Assembly: GCA_951406725.2 (NCBI GenBank)
Contig: OX597824.1
Location: 66,960,001 to 67,024,000, forward strand
From: Octopus vulgaris
Taxonomy: Eukaryota
Length of the DNA: 64,000 nucleotides
Direction: 5' to 3'
The position numbers and the translations under genes are program-made. Numbering within the stretch: the stretch's first letter is position 1; each line of letters begins with the position of its first letter. Below, piece after piece: positions 51,441-63,610 of the stretch. A model generated the notes under the pieces. That model had not been told where the DNA came from and did no database searches. It saw nothing but the letters and a program-made list of their open reading frames with translations.

Positions 51441-52274
51441 ATAAAGTGTTTCTATTGATTCTTAGAGTTAAAATAGCATTCATTTCTGGACTCATTAAGA
51501 TGTATGAAAACTATTCCACTGCTGTTCTAGTTTGCATGGTGAGTGAAAATTATGATAAAACCCCACTCCCGTTGACATTTGCATGAATGAAACTTAACTC
51601 TTTTAACATCACTTCTCCTTTCAACAAGTTGCTTGCTTCGTGCTTTCGAAGGCGTCTGAAATACAAGATTCCTTATTTGAGAAACAGATAAGGGTTAGCA
51701 AGAAGAGGGGCTTCCAGGAGTAAAACAAGGCCTCAATAATGTTTTTCTAACCCATGCTAACATGGAATAACGGACATAAAGCGAATGAACGCTATTATAC
51801 TGCTCATGGGTGTTTACATACAGGGGTTTTTGTTGACAATTTACTTTATTAGTACCTATTGTCTACCCTGAGTAAGTATTTACTGACAGGCACCTGCAAT
51901 ATATATATATATGTAATAAAACAAATATACATATAAATAGCTGTTCCAGACGCAAACATTTTTAATATTTAAAGCAGGGATACTTTGTTCTGTTCCTCTT
52001 TGTTAGTCATTTTTATGTAATATATGCTATGTATTAATATCTTTTTAACTTAAGTAGAGTATTAGTGAATAGCTATAATTCCCTGCACAAACGCACACAC
52101 AAACTGTAACTAGTGCTTATTGAAGAGTCGTAACTCTGGAGTGGATTAAGTGCAGAGTGTTAACAAAAGTTATCTCCCTTAGAACTGTTAAGCGTAATCA
52201 TTTTCAAATGCTTTTGAGTACGTGTGGGGACATTGGGCTTTGCCTGTGGATGGTTATATGCATGAAATCTGGTG

Positions 52275-52305
<31 letters not shown>

Positions 52306-52987
52306 GAGAGAGAGAGAGAAGGAAACTATTTGTAAAAGAAATAAAGAGAGAAAATGTAAGAAAAAGAAAGTGGTTTTTGCGTACACGGGTGTCTGTAAAG
52401 TGACAGCTGTAAATAATTGAGATCAATATATGGAAATTTCTTTTACTTCTATCAGTGTTTCATGAGAATCTTTGATACACTATTGATTAATGTGAGTGAC
52501 ATCAAAAGCACTACACAATCACGTACCTTTCTACCCACCTGTACAGCTATACACAAGTACACACAACAAGTAACTTTGGATGTCTCAACACAAACTAAAA
52601 CGAAACGAACCCTTTCACATGTGCCTATACGTATGTCTGTGTGTGTGTGTGGCTTAGTTGGCAAAACTTCGAAGTCCCTGTCGATAATCTCGTTTAGCAA
52701 CAATAAATATGTACTTTACAAAAGCATAGAGTAACCCATGAAATTAATGTAGAATTGTTTTTATTATAACTGAACAAAGCAAATATTAAAACACACACAT
52801 ACATATATATACACATAAATACATACATATATACGCATATATACATGCATTTATATATATATATATATATATACACATATATACATATATACTTATACAC
52901 ACACATATCTATCAATCTATATATATATATATATATTTATATAAACACACATATACACACATATATATACATACACATATATATCAA

Positions 52988-53428
52988 GGGAGTAGGGTGA
53001 AAAAGGACCTATCTCCTACAAGCTTGAAAATGCTGAGACACTCAGATACTACTGCAAAACTCCAAAATATACACAGGTTGTAGTTGGGTGAATGAAGAAT
53101 ATTAAAAAGACTTCCTGTTAATTGTGAATTGGGTGCAATTTCTGGATTAAAGCCATGAGACAGGCTTTTTCCGTTCATCAACACGATACACAAGAAATAT
53201 AGATACAAATAATTATATATACCCGTAGAAAGCTGATTCGCATGTCTACATACAAATATTTGCATGTATACATCAATGATAAGTCAGATTTATACTTTTT
53301 CCTGACAACCACATGTTTATTATCAAAATAGCTCCACAGGAAATGCTATTTTGGAGTTCTTTGGTAATATCTGAGTGCCTTGGCATTTTCAAGCATGTAG
53401 GAGATAGGTCATTTTTCGCCCTGCTCCC
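52988..53428. mobile_element. MITE with ~80-bp TIRs, Kolobok-like
   Basis: TCAA|GGGAGTAGGGTGAAAAAGGACCTATCTCCTACA.. mirrored by ..TGTAGGAGATAGGTCATTTTTCGCCCTGCTCCC|TTAA. Confidence 0.75.
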
Positions 53429-53621
53429 TTAATATAATTATATTCACATATATGTAATTATTAATTTAATGTATATACATACATATATGCACATACATAC
53501 ACACACACACACATACATACATACATACATACATACATTCATACATATATTCATACATACAAAACCATATACCCCCAAATACACACGCACACTCAGAGCT
53601 TCATGATATGGACATACACAT

Positions 53622-53857
53622 ATTTCTATTTACTACCCACAATGGGCTAAACACAGAGGGGAGAAACAAGGACAGACAAACGGATTAAGTCGATTACATC
53701 AACCCCAGTGCGTAACTGGTACTTAATTTATCAACCCCGAAAGGATGAAAGGCAAAGTCGACCAGGGCGGAATTTGAACTCAGAACATAACAGCGGACGA
53801 AATACGGCTACGCATTTCGCCCGGCATGCTAACGTTTCTGCCAACTCGCCGCCTTCA
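53622..53857 (-). mobile_element. SINE family B, young copy
   Basis: CpG-rich full-length match to the 41400 copy. Confidence 0.88.
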
Positions 53858-54680
53858 TACACAAATATGGACATACACAAATTTCATTCTATCAAACATT
53901 GTTTCACAGGGAGACCACATCGTCATTATGTACACATATACATATACTGTCACCTACACTACATTATTACACACCACAGCTGACACATCATGACAAAACA
54001 TCTACACGCACACATAGTGTGACCCACACGATATCCACTATACATGTTGCAATCACGTAACATCACAACAGACATCACTGATCACACTGTAACCTTGACC
54101 CAACAACATTGCATAAACACATGACAACAATCATGTCACAACACACCACACCCTGAAAGATAATCATGTCCATTCTTGTATATCATGACCCTTCACACAT
54201 ACACAGACATACATAAAACATGCACACATACACACACACACACCCATGCACACACATACCACATCACAACACAGCATGCCTTACACATACATATCACAGT
54301 ATGCCATACGCACACACACACCATGTCATGCACATATCATTGCACATATATTACAATTAACACCACCCATGGCTACATAGAGAGTTTTAAACAAAAATTG
54401 CAAAAACAATCCTCAAATAAGAAATGGTGTTTCAGGTAAAACAGAACATAAGAACTCAATGAAAGAACAAAGGAGACTCCAGGTCAAAGTTTATCTATTT
54501 CTAAAAGCTGAACTGACCAGTGAGCAAGTGTCAATATAAAAAAGCATAAGCATGGATATAACACAGGCAGCAAATATTTGTTATGGCTACACATGTATTT
54601 ATATGTGTGTGTGCATCTATTTGGTGATGTGCATATGTGCATCTACTTGGTTATGTGCATATTTATATATATATATAATT

Positions 54681-54896
54681 ATACAAAATTTAGAGGACCG
54701 ACCACTGAAAGTGGACAGCCTATATGCTAAACATAGATGTCAAATCGCCATTACCACGAAGAATGTGTTCTCAAGAAAAATCTCTTTTTGCTGAGATTTT
54801 TCTTGAGAACACATTCTTTGTGGTAATGGTGATTTGACATCTATGTTTAGCATATAGGCTGTCCACTTTTAGTGGTCAGTCCTCCAAATTTTGTAT
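54681..54896. repeat. Long palindrome, 104-bp arms and 8-nt spacer
   Basis: Arms 54681-54784 and 54793-54896 differ at 5 positions, all transitions. Confidence 0.95.
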
Positions 54897-56820
54897 GTAA
54901 AACAATTATAAATCGTTGGATTTTTTTAAAATATGCTAAGCTACTGGTTTAAATTGATTAATATCAATTTCTACCCTTATTTAATTTTATATATATATAT
55001 ATATATGATATTTGTGCGTGTGTATCTATTTGGTGCATCTATATATGTGTGTATGTGAGTGTGCATGTGTGTAGATATATGTATATACAAGTGAGAGCAT
55101 ACATGCGGATATATGCGTGTTTAAGTGATACAGCCATAGCAACAGCAATCTATTGAAGCAGAATAAAAAAGCTCATTGTCGGTCAATAAAGACCATCAAT
55201 TTAACTAACCCTGCCACCTTCAAACTGGGTTATGACACAAGTGAGATGACACAGCCCTTTTATGCTGTTACTTGGTTTTACTTGATGTAGTAGATAATTC
55301 TCCTTAACTAACTCTCTATCATCATTAACATATAAATCACATCTTCTCACTCTGAAAGTATAGTCCAACATTTCCTCACAATAAGAAATGTCAGTTTGGT
55401 CATGGCTAGCAATTACTGATCAATTATTGCTGTTCAATTGACATCTGGTCACAGTCGCGAGATATTTTGATTAAATAGTGCAACTATACCATGGACTATT
55501 TCAGTAGAGATGAATGGTAGGGTTCCACAGCACCATTAACCCCTCAAAAAAAAAGGTAAACCATACCTTTTTTTGTTGAGTTCGGTGAAAAAAAAAAGAG
55601 GAGAAAAGAGGGTTTGAGAGGGTTAAGATTTTGAGAGTTTAAAAAGGGAAGCACCAAGTATCATAGAAGATTAGCAGGATTACTGACAAACATTGAGACA
55701 GACGAACAGACATATAAAATGACAAAGCCAGAGAGGTGAAGGTAAGCCATTAAGATATTCTTGTTCACCTTCCTCTGATTTATCCCTCTCAATTTCTTCC
55801 GAATTATTAACAAAACTCACTTGTCTCTTGTCCGACAATGGCTTGACTCCTGTCCATAGTTGATTGTAAGGCAAACTGTACAAAGCAAAGTCTACCTTAC
55901 AAGCAACTGTCCAACCCAAAAAAAAGGGCGAAGCCCATTTCAATAGAGACATCAGCTTCCTATGCTAAATGGTCAGCTGATGTCCATATTGGAGAGGTCA
56001 GCTTCCACAAAGTGGGGTGCAAGGAAGGCTAAAGTCTTGATGGTAGACGACACCTTCTGATACCAGTTGGTTAATAGAGGTTGGAGGTCAGATAAGGTAA
56101 TGAAATCAACTGCAGAATGTGACAAAGGTTTATTAGGTTAAGAGTTAATTAGGTTAAGATGTGTGAAATTGTAACACACATTCATCAGTGATTTAATGTG
56201 CACTATATATTTACATATATATTATATACATACGCTCATCCACATGTATATTCATCATTATGTATACATTTATAAGAATTTAAATACAAACACATATTAT
56301 ATATGTGTTTGTGGGTGTGTTTGTGTACGTACATGCATATATATATCTGTGTGTAAATGTATACATACATACATGCACACAGACACAAATATATGCACAT
56401 ACACGCATACAGCCATATTCATATATACTTAAGCAGAGAGAATGTTTATACTAAACATTTGCTGTTTGTGTCATCATGTCTGTTGACAGACATTCAATAA
56501 GCTATAGTTAATTCTAAATAATCTCTTGCCACGAAAGAAGAAAACAGAAATATCGAAACACATGTTTAAATAGAATGGAAGGTAAAAATTAGGACACATT
56601 TTTTCTATTGAGAAACTGAATAAAATCTTAAAAGATTTAGTTGTGATTGGCTGCAGAAGTCATCGACTGAGACACCTTAGAATTATAAAATCCACTAAAG
56701 AATTCAAAACATGAGCAATCTTCACTTAGAAACAGATAATTGGTATTTGCTCAATTGTAGAATCCTAGTAAACTTGAAATTTACAATATGATTGTTTCTA
56801 CACTCAGTAGTATGTCACCA

Positions 56821-57125
56821 GTGGAGGCACATGGCCTAGTGGTTAGAGCAGTGGACTCATGGTCGAGGGATCGTAGGTTCGAATCTCAGACCGGGCGATG
56901 CGTGTGTTTATGAGTGAAACACCTAAGCTCTACGCGACTCTGGCAGAAGGTAATGGCGAACTTCTGCTGACTCTTTTGCCACAACTTTCTCTCACTTTTT
57001 CCTCCTGCATCTTGCAGCTCACCTGCGACAAATTGGCATCCTGTCCAGGTGGGGAACCTATATGCCAAGGAAATCAGGAAACTGGCCCTTAAGAGCCAGG
57101 TGTGGCTCAAGAAGGAACAAACAAG
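56821..57125 (+). mobile_element. tRNA-derived SINE, family C variant
   Basis: A-box TGGCCTAGTGG, B-box GGTTCGAATCT, body shared with the 24535 copy but a different tail. Confidence 0.8.
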
Positions 57126-57792
57126 TATGTCACCTCATTAGTAAGTATTCTGTTGATATTTTAAAACTTGCACTCACCTTTAATTCAACATTGTAAAGGT
57201 AAAATACCTTTTGTTGTACCAGGGACAATTTGCCAGTACATAAAAAGCTGTGGTGGCTCATCTATGCTAAGAATACTAATGAATCTTTACTTTTATAAAT
57301 CCATAAGTATGCAGCTTATAATACTGCTTTTGGTCTTATGGCAAAATCCATTTATTTTCATATGGGATTTTACAAACTACCACTGAGTGATTTCAACTAT
57401 GAATGTGGGTAAAAATTTCATCTACAACAGACAGGTTGCTCATATCTGCATGATTTATTGTTTAAAGGTTTACTGTATAGTGTCCTTGACAACATCTCTT
57501 TCATTCTCAAATTTCTAGAGAACTTAACTGTAAATAAGTACAAGTACCACAAGGAAGTACAGTTCGTTGTTGAGTTTAGCAAATTTGCTGTCCTGTTTTC
57601 AAATCTTCCATGTTAATAAATATATAAACACACACACACACACACAAATACATGTATATATATGTGTGTGTATGTATACATACACACATGCATACAGGCA
57701 TACATGCATGCATGCATACATGTATGTATACATACATACATACATACATGTACACATACATACATACATACATACATACATACATACATACA

Positions 57793-57826
<34 letters not shown>

Positions 57827-58005
57827 CATTCATACATGTGGACGACTCTTATAGAACAGGCTTTAAATTATGACTGACTCAATTTCTATTGGACTATATA
57901 TCCTGGTACAGCTACTAACTTGCATTACGTAGCTCCTTCTAGTGTAGAAAATCTTCCCCTCCAGCTATTAGAATCTCAGCACTTCTACTCTAGATAAGTC
58001 TTACC

Positions 58006-58095
58006 AGACTTTATCTTTCTAGACTTTATCTTTCTAGACTTTATCTTACTAGACTTTATCTTACTAGACTTTATCTTTCTAGACTTTATCTTTCT
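58006..58095. repeat. 15-bp minisatellite AGACTTTATCTT(T/A)CT x6
   Basis: Direct inspection. Confidence 0.95.
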
Positions 58096-59093
58096 CCACT
58101 GGATGAGTCTCACAATGTCTGTGCCTCCATTAAGCCAATGCTATTTATATGTTGATTAATTCCTTAGTGTTATTGTCTAAAGACTGTGTTATAACAAAAA
58201 CAGTAACCTAAGGTTGTGATTGTAAATATCACCAATGATCAAAAACATTACAGTCTAAAGAGGTAATTTTTTTTTACTAATCCAATCTATTTATTGTTTG
58301 TAAGAGATGGAGAAATAATTATTTGAATATGGTGAGTTTTAGCTACAAAAAGACCATAAGGTTTCTAAGCGTTTTTTAGCCCTTAAAAAAACCCAACAAA
58401 AACAAACTTGAATAAGCAACAAGGAACATCTCCAAAGCAACACTTGTTTAAGGTAGGACGGCAGAAAATATTGTTAAAATGGTAGTGTTAGAGAAAATGC
58501 TAGGACGGAAGAATATTTAATGAAATGGTCTCTTGAAGTCTTGCTAAACATGCGAAACAATACATTTTATCCAGAAATAAACATACAATTTGAGTTGTTT
58601 TTTATTTTTTTTAATTTTTTATAATTTTGCATAAAAGAAAACAGCCAAGTGAATTAGATATTAAACTACCAACTGGCAGGCTATGAGTTCATATCTGCTT
58701 ATGGCATTTCATAATGCTTTGTAGAAAAATGCTTGATTCTATGTGTGCTCACTGTTCTATCTCTTTGTTTTATTCTGTGAACTGTGAATGCATTTCTAAC
58801 TTTTGTGGTGTTTCTTTACTTGACTTATAAATTCACTATCTGTCTCCTCTTTTAACCCTTCCTGATGAGTTGTAGAGCACCTGAGTACTGTATTCAATGA
58901 ATTCATTATCATCATCATCATTATATTTTACTTATCTGTTACAGAAGACGTATGAAGTCTTCTGAAAATATTATCTACATTAGATTGATATCCTCTGAAT
59001 TAGAAACAGGGGTGTGATATATTGGTCAGCCACTTAAAACTATGAAACACTGGCTTCCTTGTTCTCAAAAGTCTTAGACTCCTTTAGACATCC

Positions 59094-59148
<55 letters not shown>

Positions 59149-60497
59149 TTATTATTCATCCTTTTGGGATTGATTTAGTCAAGTTCCAATACCAAGGCTG
59201 ATGTTATTACCTAACCCTTTACCCACAAAATTGCTGGCTTTGAGCCAAAATTAGGAAGGATTCATTATCATAATTATTATCATTACTATCATTATTATCT
59301 ACATTATTGTCATTATCACTATGGTCATTATTATTATTATCCTTATCACTATTATGATTATTAACTGGAAAGAAAGCGACAAAATTGGCTTTTACTTAAA
59401 TGAGTCTCCACTCTTTTTGTAACGTTAACAGTTTTAATGCAAGGTGATAGCCATAGACCTTGAACCTCTGCTAATGATCATGTCTTGAATTTCACTCCAG
59501 TCATCAAAAACTGTTCAACTGAAATGTATAGAACTGATAAAATACTGATTCAGGATGGGAAGAGAAGTTTGACTGAGCATGGCACCTTTTCAAATAATTA
59601 CAGACATCCTAAAGTGTTTGGATAATTCTTTGCAACATGTTCCTTTCATCATGATACCACAATATCTTTATTCATTTCATCTATATCTATATGAGAGTAT
59701 AAGACATTTGATGTCTAGTGTTAGAGAAAAAACTTCAGAGGAAATAACCAGCAACTCAGCTATCAGCAGATATCCAAACAGTCGCCTCTTGACTTCAGCA
59801 TATTTTACTTGGGTTCACAAATGCTCCGCCTGTCACACTAGAGACTGCTGCGCTCACAATTTGATGTGACACTGAGCCACAGATAATAAAAAAAAAACAA
59901 TGTATTGCGCCACCAAAGTGGTAATTTTACTGACAACAGACATTCTTTGTTTTATTTTGTTTTGTTATTTTTATCTTCTTTTTAAGATCAGTTTTGTTTA
60001 GCTCTTTTCTGTGATAAAAGAGTTTATTTTATGCGAAACATCATTTTGATGAGAGTTGAGAATCTAATTTAAAAAAAAAAGTTTTAAATAAATAACATAA
60101 AATGCAGAAAATGTATATTCAATTAAAAATGAAGGAATAAAATTCTATCATTTATAATAGAATTTGTGTTGTTTTGTTACTCTTTTGAAATCAAAAAATA
60201 AAAATTAAATTAAACAATTTTTTGAATCAGTGAATGTGAATATGAATGGTTGTGAATTTGGATTGACGATTTACATGTGGAACAACCAAAGTTTTTGTAA
60301 GATAGTCTCAAGGAAACTTTTTTAAAAGTGGGGAGCAAAGAAAAGGAATTTGATTGAAAAAAAAACAAATACAAGAAACCCAAATAGAAAGAAAAACCAT
60401 TCAATATAGAAGAGATGAAAAAGAAAAAAAAAACACAGTTGACTCCTAATATACAGAGAGTGAAGATAACAAAATGGACAGAGATTTTCAATGGACC

Positions 60498-60704
60498 CTA
60501 AGAACAAAAGTTACTGCTATATTCTGTTTTCCAATCAGGAGCTGTTTCTTTTGAAAGCCATGTACCAGTGTCTGAATGGTGGCTCCTTTCCATGTCAGTT
60601 AATGGGGATGGTGATCTGGCTCGGTTAGCTGTTTCTGTTGGCTTCAATCTATCTGCTCTTATTACACCATTAAGAAGAGCTGGTTGAATAACATTCTTGG
60701 ATGG
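60498..60704 (-). CDS. CCSAP: Centriole, cilia and spindle-associated protein homolog, last coding exon (PSKNVIQPAL..PDWKTEYSSNFCS*)
   Basis: Pyrimidine tract + CAG acceptor, phase 0, 207 nt ending TAG; WKTEY..F matches the CCSAP C-terminal WMTEY motif as I recall it. Confidence 0.8.
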   Translation of the reverse strand, partial: PSKNVIQPALLNGVIRADRLKPTETANRARSPSPLTDMERSHHSDTGTWLSKETAPDWKTEYSSNFCS

Positions 60705-62194
60705 CTGAGAAAAGAAGAGAGAGAAAACAATATATATAATAAAAAGAAATACTGCTTAGATCTTTTGTTACCATATTTCCATTGAAATACACTGACTTTG
60801 TTACAGTTTATTTTGAAAATAATGATGAATTTAGGAAAATAACTTCGTCATTACTAAGCTGGTGTCTGGAACATAAATTAACCTGGCAGTTTGAAAGATG
60901 GTTTTAACTTAGACCACTTTAGAATAGGAAGTTTGTTTTGTAGAACCATGGGCAATAATTTTAGTAAAAAAAACAACCTACAAAGCATAAATAAATATGC
61001 ATGTGCATATGTGTGTTAACTGTCACCTTGCCTTGACTTCATGTGATAGTTTTAAATAAACGTCCCCATCATAAAAGCAGTGTCCTTCATTTCTAGTCTT
61101 CCATGGAAACCTGTCTGGTTACAGGGAGTATTAGCTCGTGGATGGTTGGCAACAAGAAAGGCATCCAGCTGTAGAAAATCTACCTCAATAAAATTTGTCT
61201 GATCCGAGTGAATAAGGAAAAGTGGACTTTAAATGATGAAGATGTAAATATGAACAGGGATAGATGTGTGGTTAAAATGTCTGATTTCCACTCATCTGGT
61301 TTTGGGATAGTCACAATTGGAAATATGTATAGGTATAGATCTGCTCAACTAGAACTAATCTGTGGATAAAATAACAACTACAATAGTAATAATGATTTTA
61401 ACAGTAACACAGTCTCAATATGGGACATTCTATGTAGTTACTCAACATGCTAGAAATAACGGCCCAAGTCTTCCTCCTTTCACACACTACCATCATACAA
61501 AAAGATGGTCCAGAGGATTGTTTAATGTAATAAATCTACCTATTTTCACATATTACTTACTATTAAGTCCTTACTTCCTATGAAACATAGATTATAGGGA
61601 ACAACACTGGGATGTCCTTTCTGCTTCTCTCCAATTAGATCCCTTCTTGTTCACTCTATCTCAGTATCCCACCTCCAACTATTTTTAGGGCATCTTCTCT
61701 CCTACCTCTTTTGTAGTTTCTAGATCATAGGCTTCCCCAAGAGAAGACCTTCCTCTCCCAAGTCTTGTTGGTTATCAATTGTCATCAATGTTTCTGCCTT
61801 GTTTCTAGGTAAGGACGTTGGCTCTATGCAAATCTATTTTTACCTCTGGGATGAGGTTAGTCCATATTTGTTTGGCCTCTATCTGTTGACCTGTCCAGCA
61901 GCATTGGATATCCTGTCAGGTGTTTGTATTCTACTGGCATATTGTTCAAGGTCATTGAAGTACACAAGCTTCTACACTACAACATGAACTGGGCCTTGTG
62001 GTGGCTTTTCACACACTGCCATCATAAAAAAATTGGTCTATTGGATTGTGTGATCTTAGATATATTGTATTTAAAATAAAAGGCTGGATTGTCAAGAGTG
62101 GAATGTTTTTAATCATTGCTCAGAAACATCACACCTGAACTGGGACTAAATAGCAACAACAACAGCAACAATGACAACTAAAAAAATAGCTTAC

Positions 62195-62370
62195 CTGGCT
62201 TGTTGCATTTACGTTATGTGTCTTCAAATCTCCCATTTCTCGACCAGAGCAACCGCTTCCATATGCCACAAATGGTGGAAGTTTGATTCGTATCTTCGGT
62301 TTGCCTGAATTTGTCTTTTCTTGGCTTTCAGTTTTTGCAGATGTGCGAGTAAGCTTTGGTTCTTCTGCGA
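62195..62370 (-). CDS. CCSAP: CCSAP homolog, penultimate coding exon (..KLPPFVAYGSGCSGREMGDLKTHNVNATSQ); upstream exons lie beyond the window
   Basis: TATTCAG acceptor, CAG|GTAAGC donor, phase 1 to 0; PFxxYG..G..KTHNVxA matches the CCSAP motif PFALYGWG..TGSQKTHNVCA as I recall it. Confidence 0.82.
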
Positions 62371-62817
62371 CTGAATACAATAAACATCGACATTAGCTTT
62401 GGTTAAAAAAAACAGAATTAAAGGGCTAACAAGTAAGTATATATATATATAAACAATTTAATTATCATTTGTTTGATCTGCATCACAACAATTCTCACTC
62501 CAGCATCACATTCAACACACACACACACAGAGTACAGTATGAGCACAACACAATTCTTGCTTGCAGCTAGCAGTTCAACAACTTGAATAATGATTGTCTT
62601 ATATATATATATATATATATATATACATACACATATACATATATCTATAGGGAGAATTCACAAAAAACCAAAAGACAAAGACAGGTGGTGTAGACAATAA
62701 ACAGATGTATTAGTTTAATGCTCAGGAAGTGAAAAAGTCTTTAACGTTTTGAGCCTACACACTTCCACACAAAGTAACACAGAAAGAAACGGAGAGAAAA
62801 TAAGGAAAGTGTAGTGG

Positions 62818-63610
62818 CTAGCACACTAAGTGTTGACATTCTAGCTCACTTCTGCTGTTTACAGCAGTGCTTGGTAGGAAGGTGTGTAGCATGTGACTGT
62901 TGCATTGACCATGACAGAGAAAGTTGTCACAGTGATACCTGCTCAGAGGTCCATGCAAAGTTGCAGAAAGTATATGGAGAGGAATGTATGAGCTGCATAC
63001 AAGTGTACGAGTGTTTCAAACATTTCCAAGATGGCTAAAATAATTTTGATAGTGATGAATGTTCTGGGAGACTCGCAGAACTGAGAAAAATATTGCAGAT
63101 ATTTGTGCATGCAGCTGTGAGGGGAAATGATTGAATCACCATCCATGAGTTATCAGAGGATGTGCAGATTAATTATGTTTCAGTTCAGGCCGTTATCACT
63201 GAAGATTTGGGTGTGAGATGTGTGTCTGCCAAGTTCGTGCCAAAACTGCTTTCAGCTAACCAAAAAGACACTCAGGTTTCGGTTCTACAAGAGCTCCTTG
63301 ATTATGTTGTGAATGATGAAAACTTTTTGAAAACTTTGCGTAGGTCTCTGAGCAGGTATTGCTAACTGTTTGGCAAAATTTGATGCAGATTCTCTGCTCA
63401 ACTTTCTCTGTCATGGTCAATGCAACAATCACATGCTACACACCTTCCTTCCAAGCACTGCTGTAAACAGTGGAAGTGAGCTAGAACATTAAAACTTGGT
63501 GCTCATGAAAAACAGAGTCCAAGGTCAATCTGTGCCGAGCAGCTTCACACTGTGTGCTTTAGCTTTGTTACTACGGTGACAATCTGGATACTTATTGATC
63601 AGACCATGTA
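62818..63610 (+). mobile_element. Mariner-derived fold-back element with decayed N-terminal transposase
   Basis: LQKVYGEECMS..VYECFKHFQDG, EDLGVRCVSAKFVPKLL; 62818-62926 is inverted at 63399-63505; TIR-like GGATACTTATTGATCAGACCATG|TA. Confidence 0.8.

Noticed and set aside
55918-55936. Rho-independent terminator-like GC hairpin plus T-run on - strand
   Set aside because: Eukaryotic sequence with only a 4-bp stem; kept as one element of the hairpin cluster.
55200-56183. Telomerase RNA or RNase P/MRP identity for the hairpin-rich block
   Set aside because: CTAACCCT at 55205 is a short template-like match, but I find no P6.1-like AGAGTTNGNCTCT or convincing H/ACA layout, and P4 consensus boxes for RNase P/MRP do not fit.
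62715-62790. Hammerhead motif in the repeat shared with 4935-5060
   Set aside because: Core boxes are mutated in both copies, so no ribozyme can be supported.
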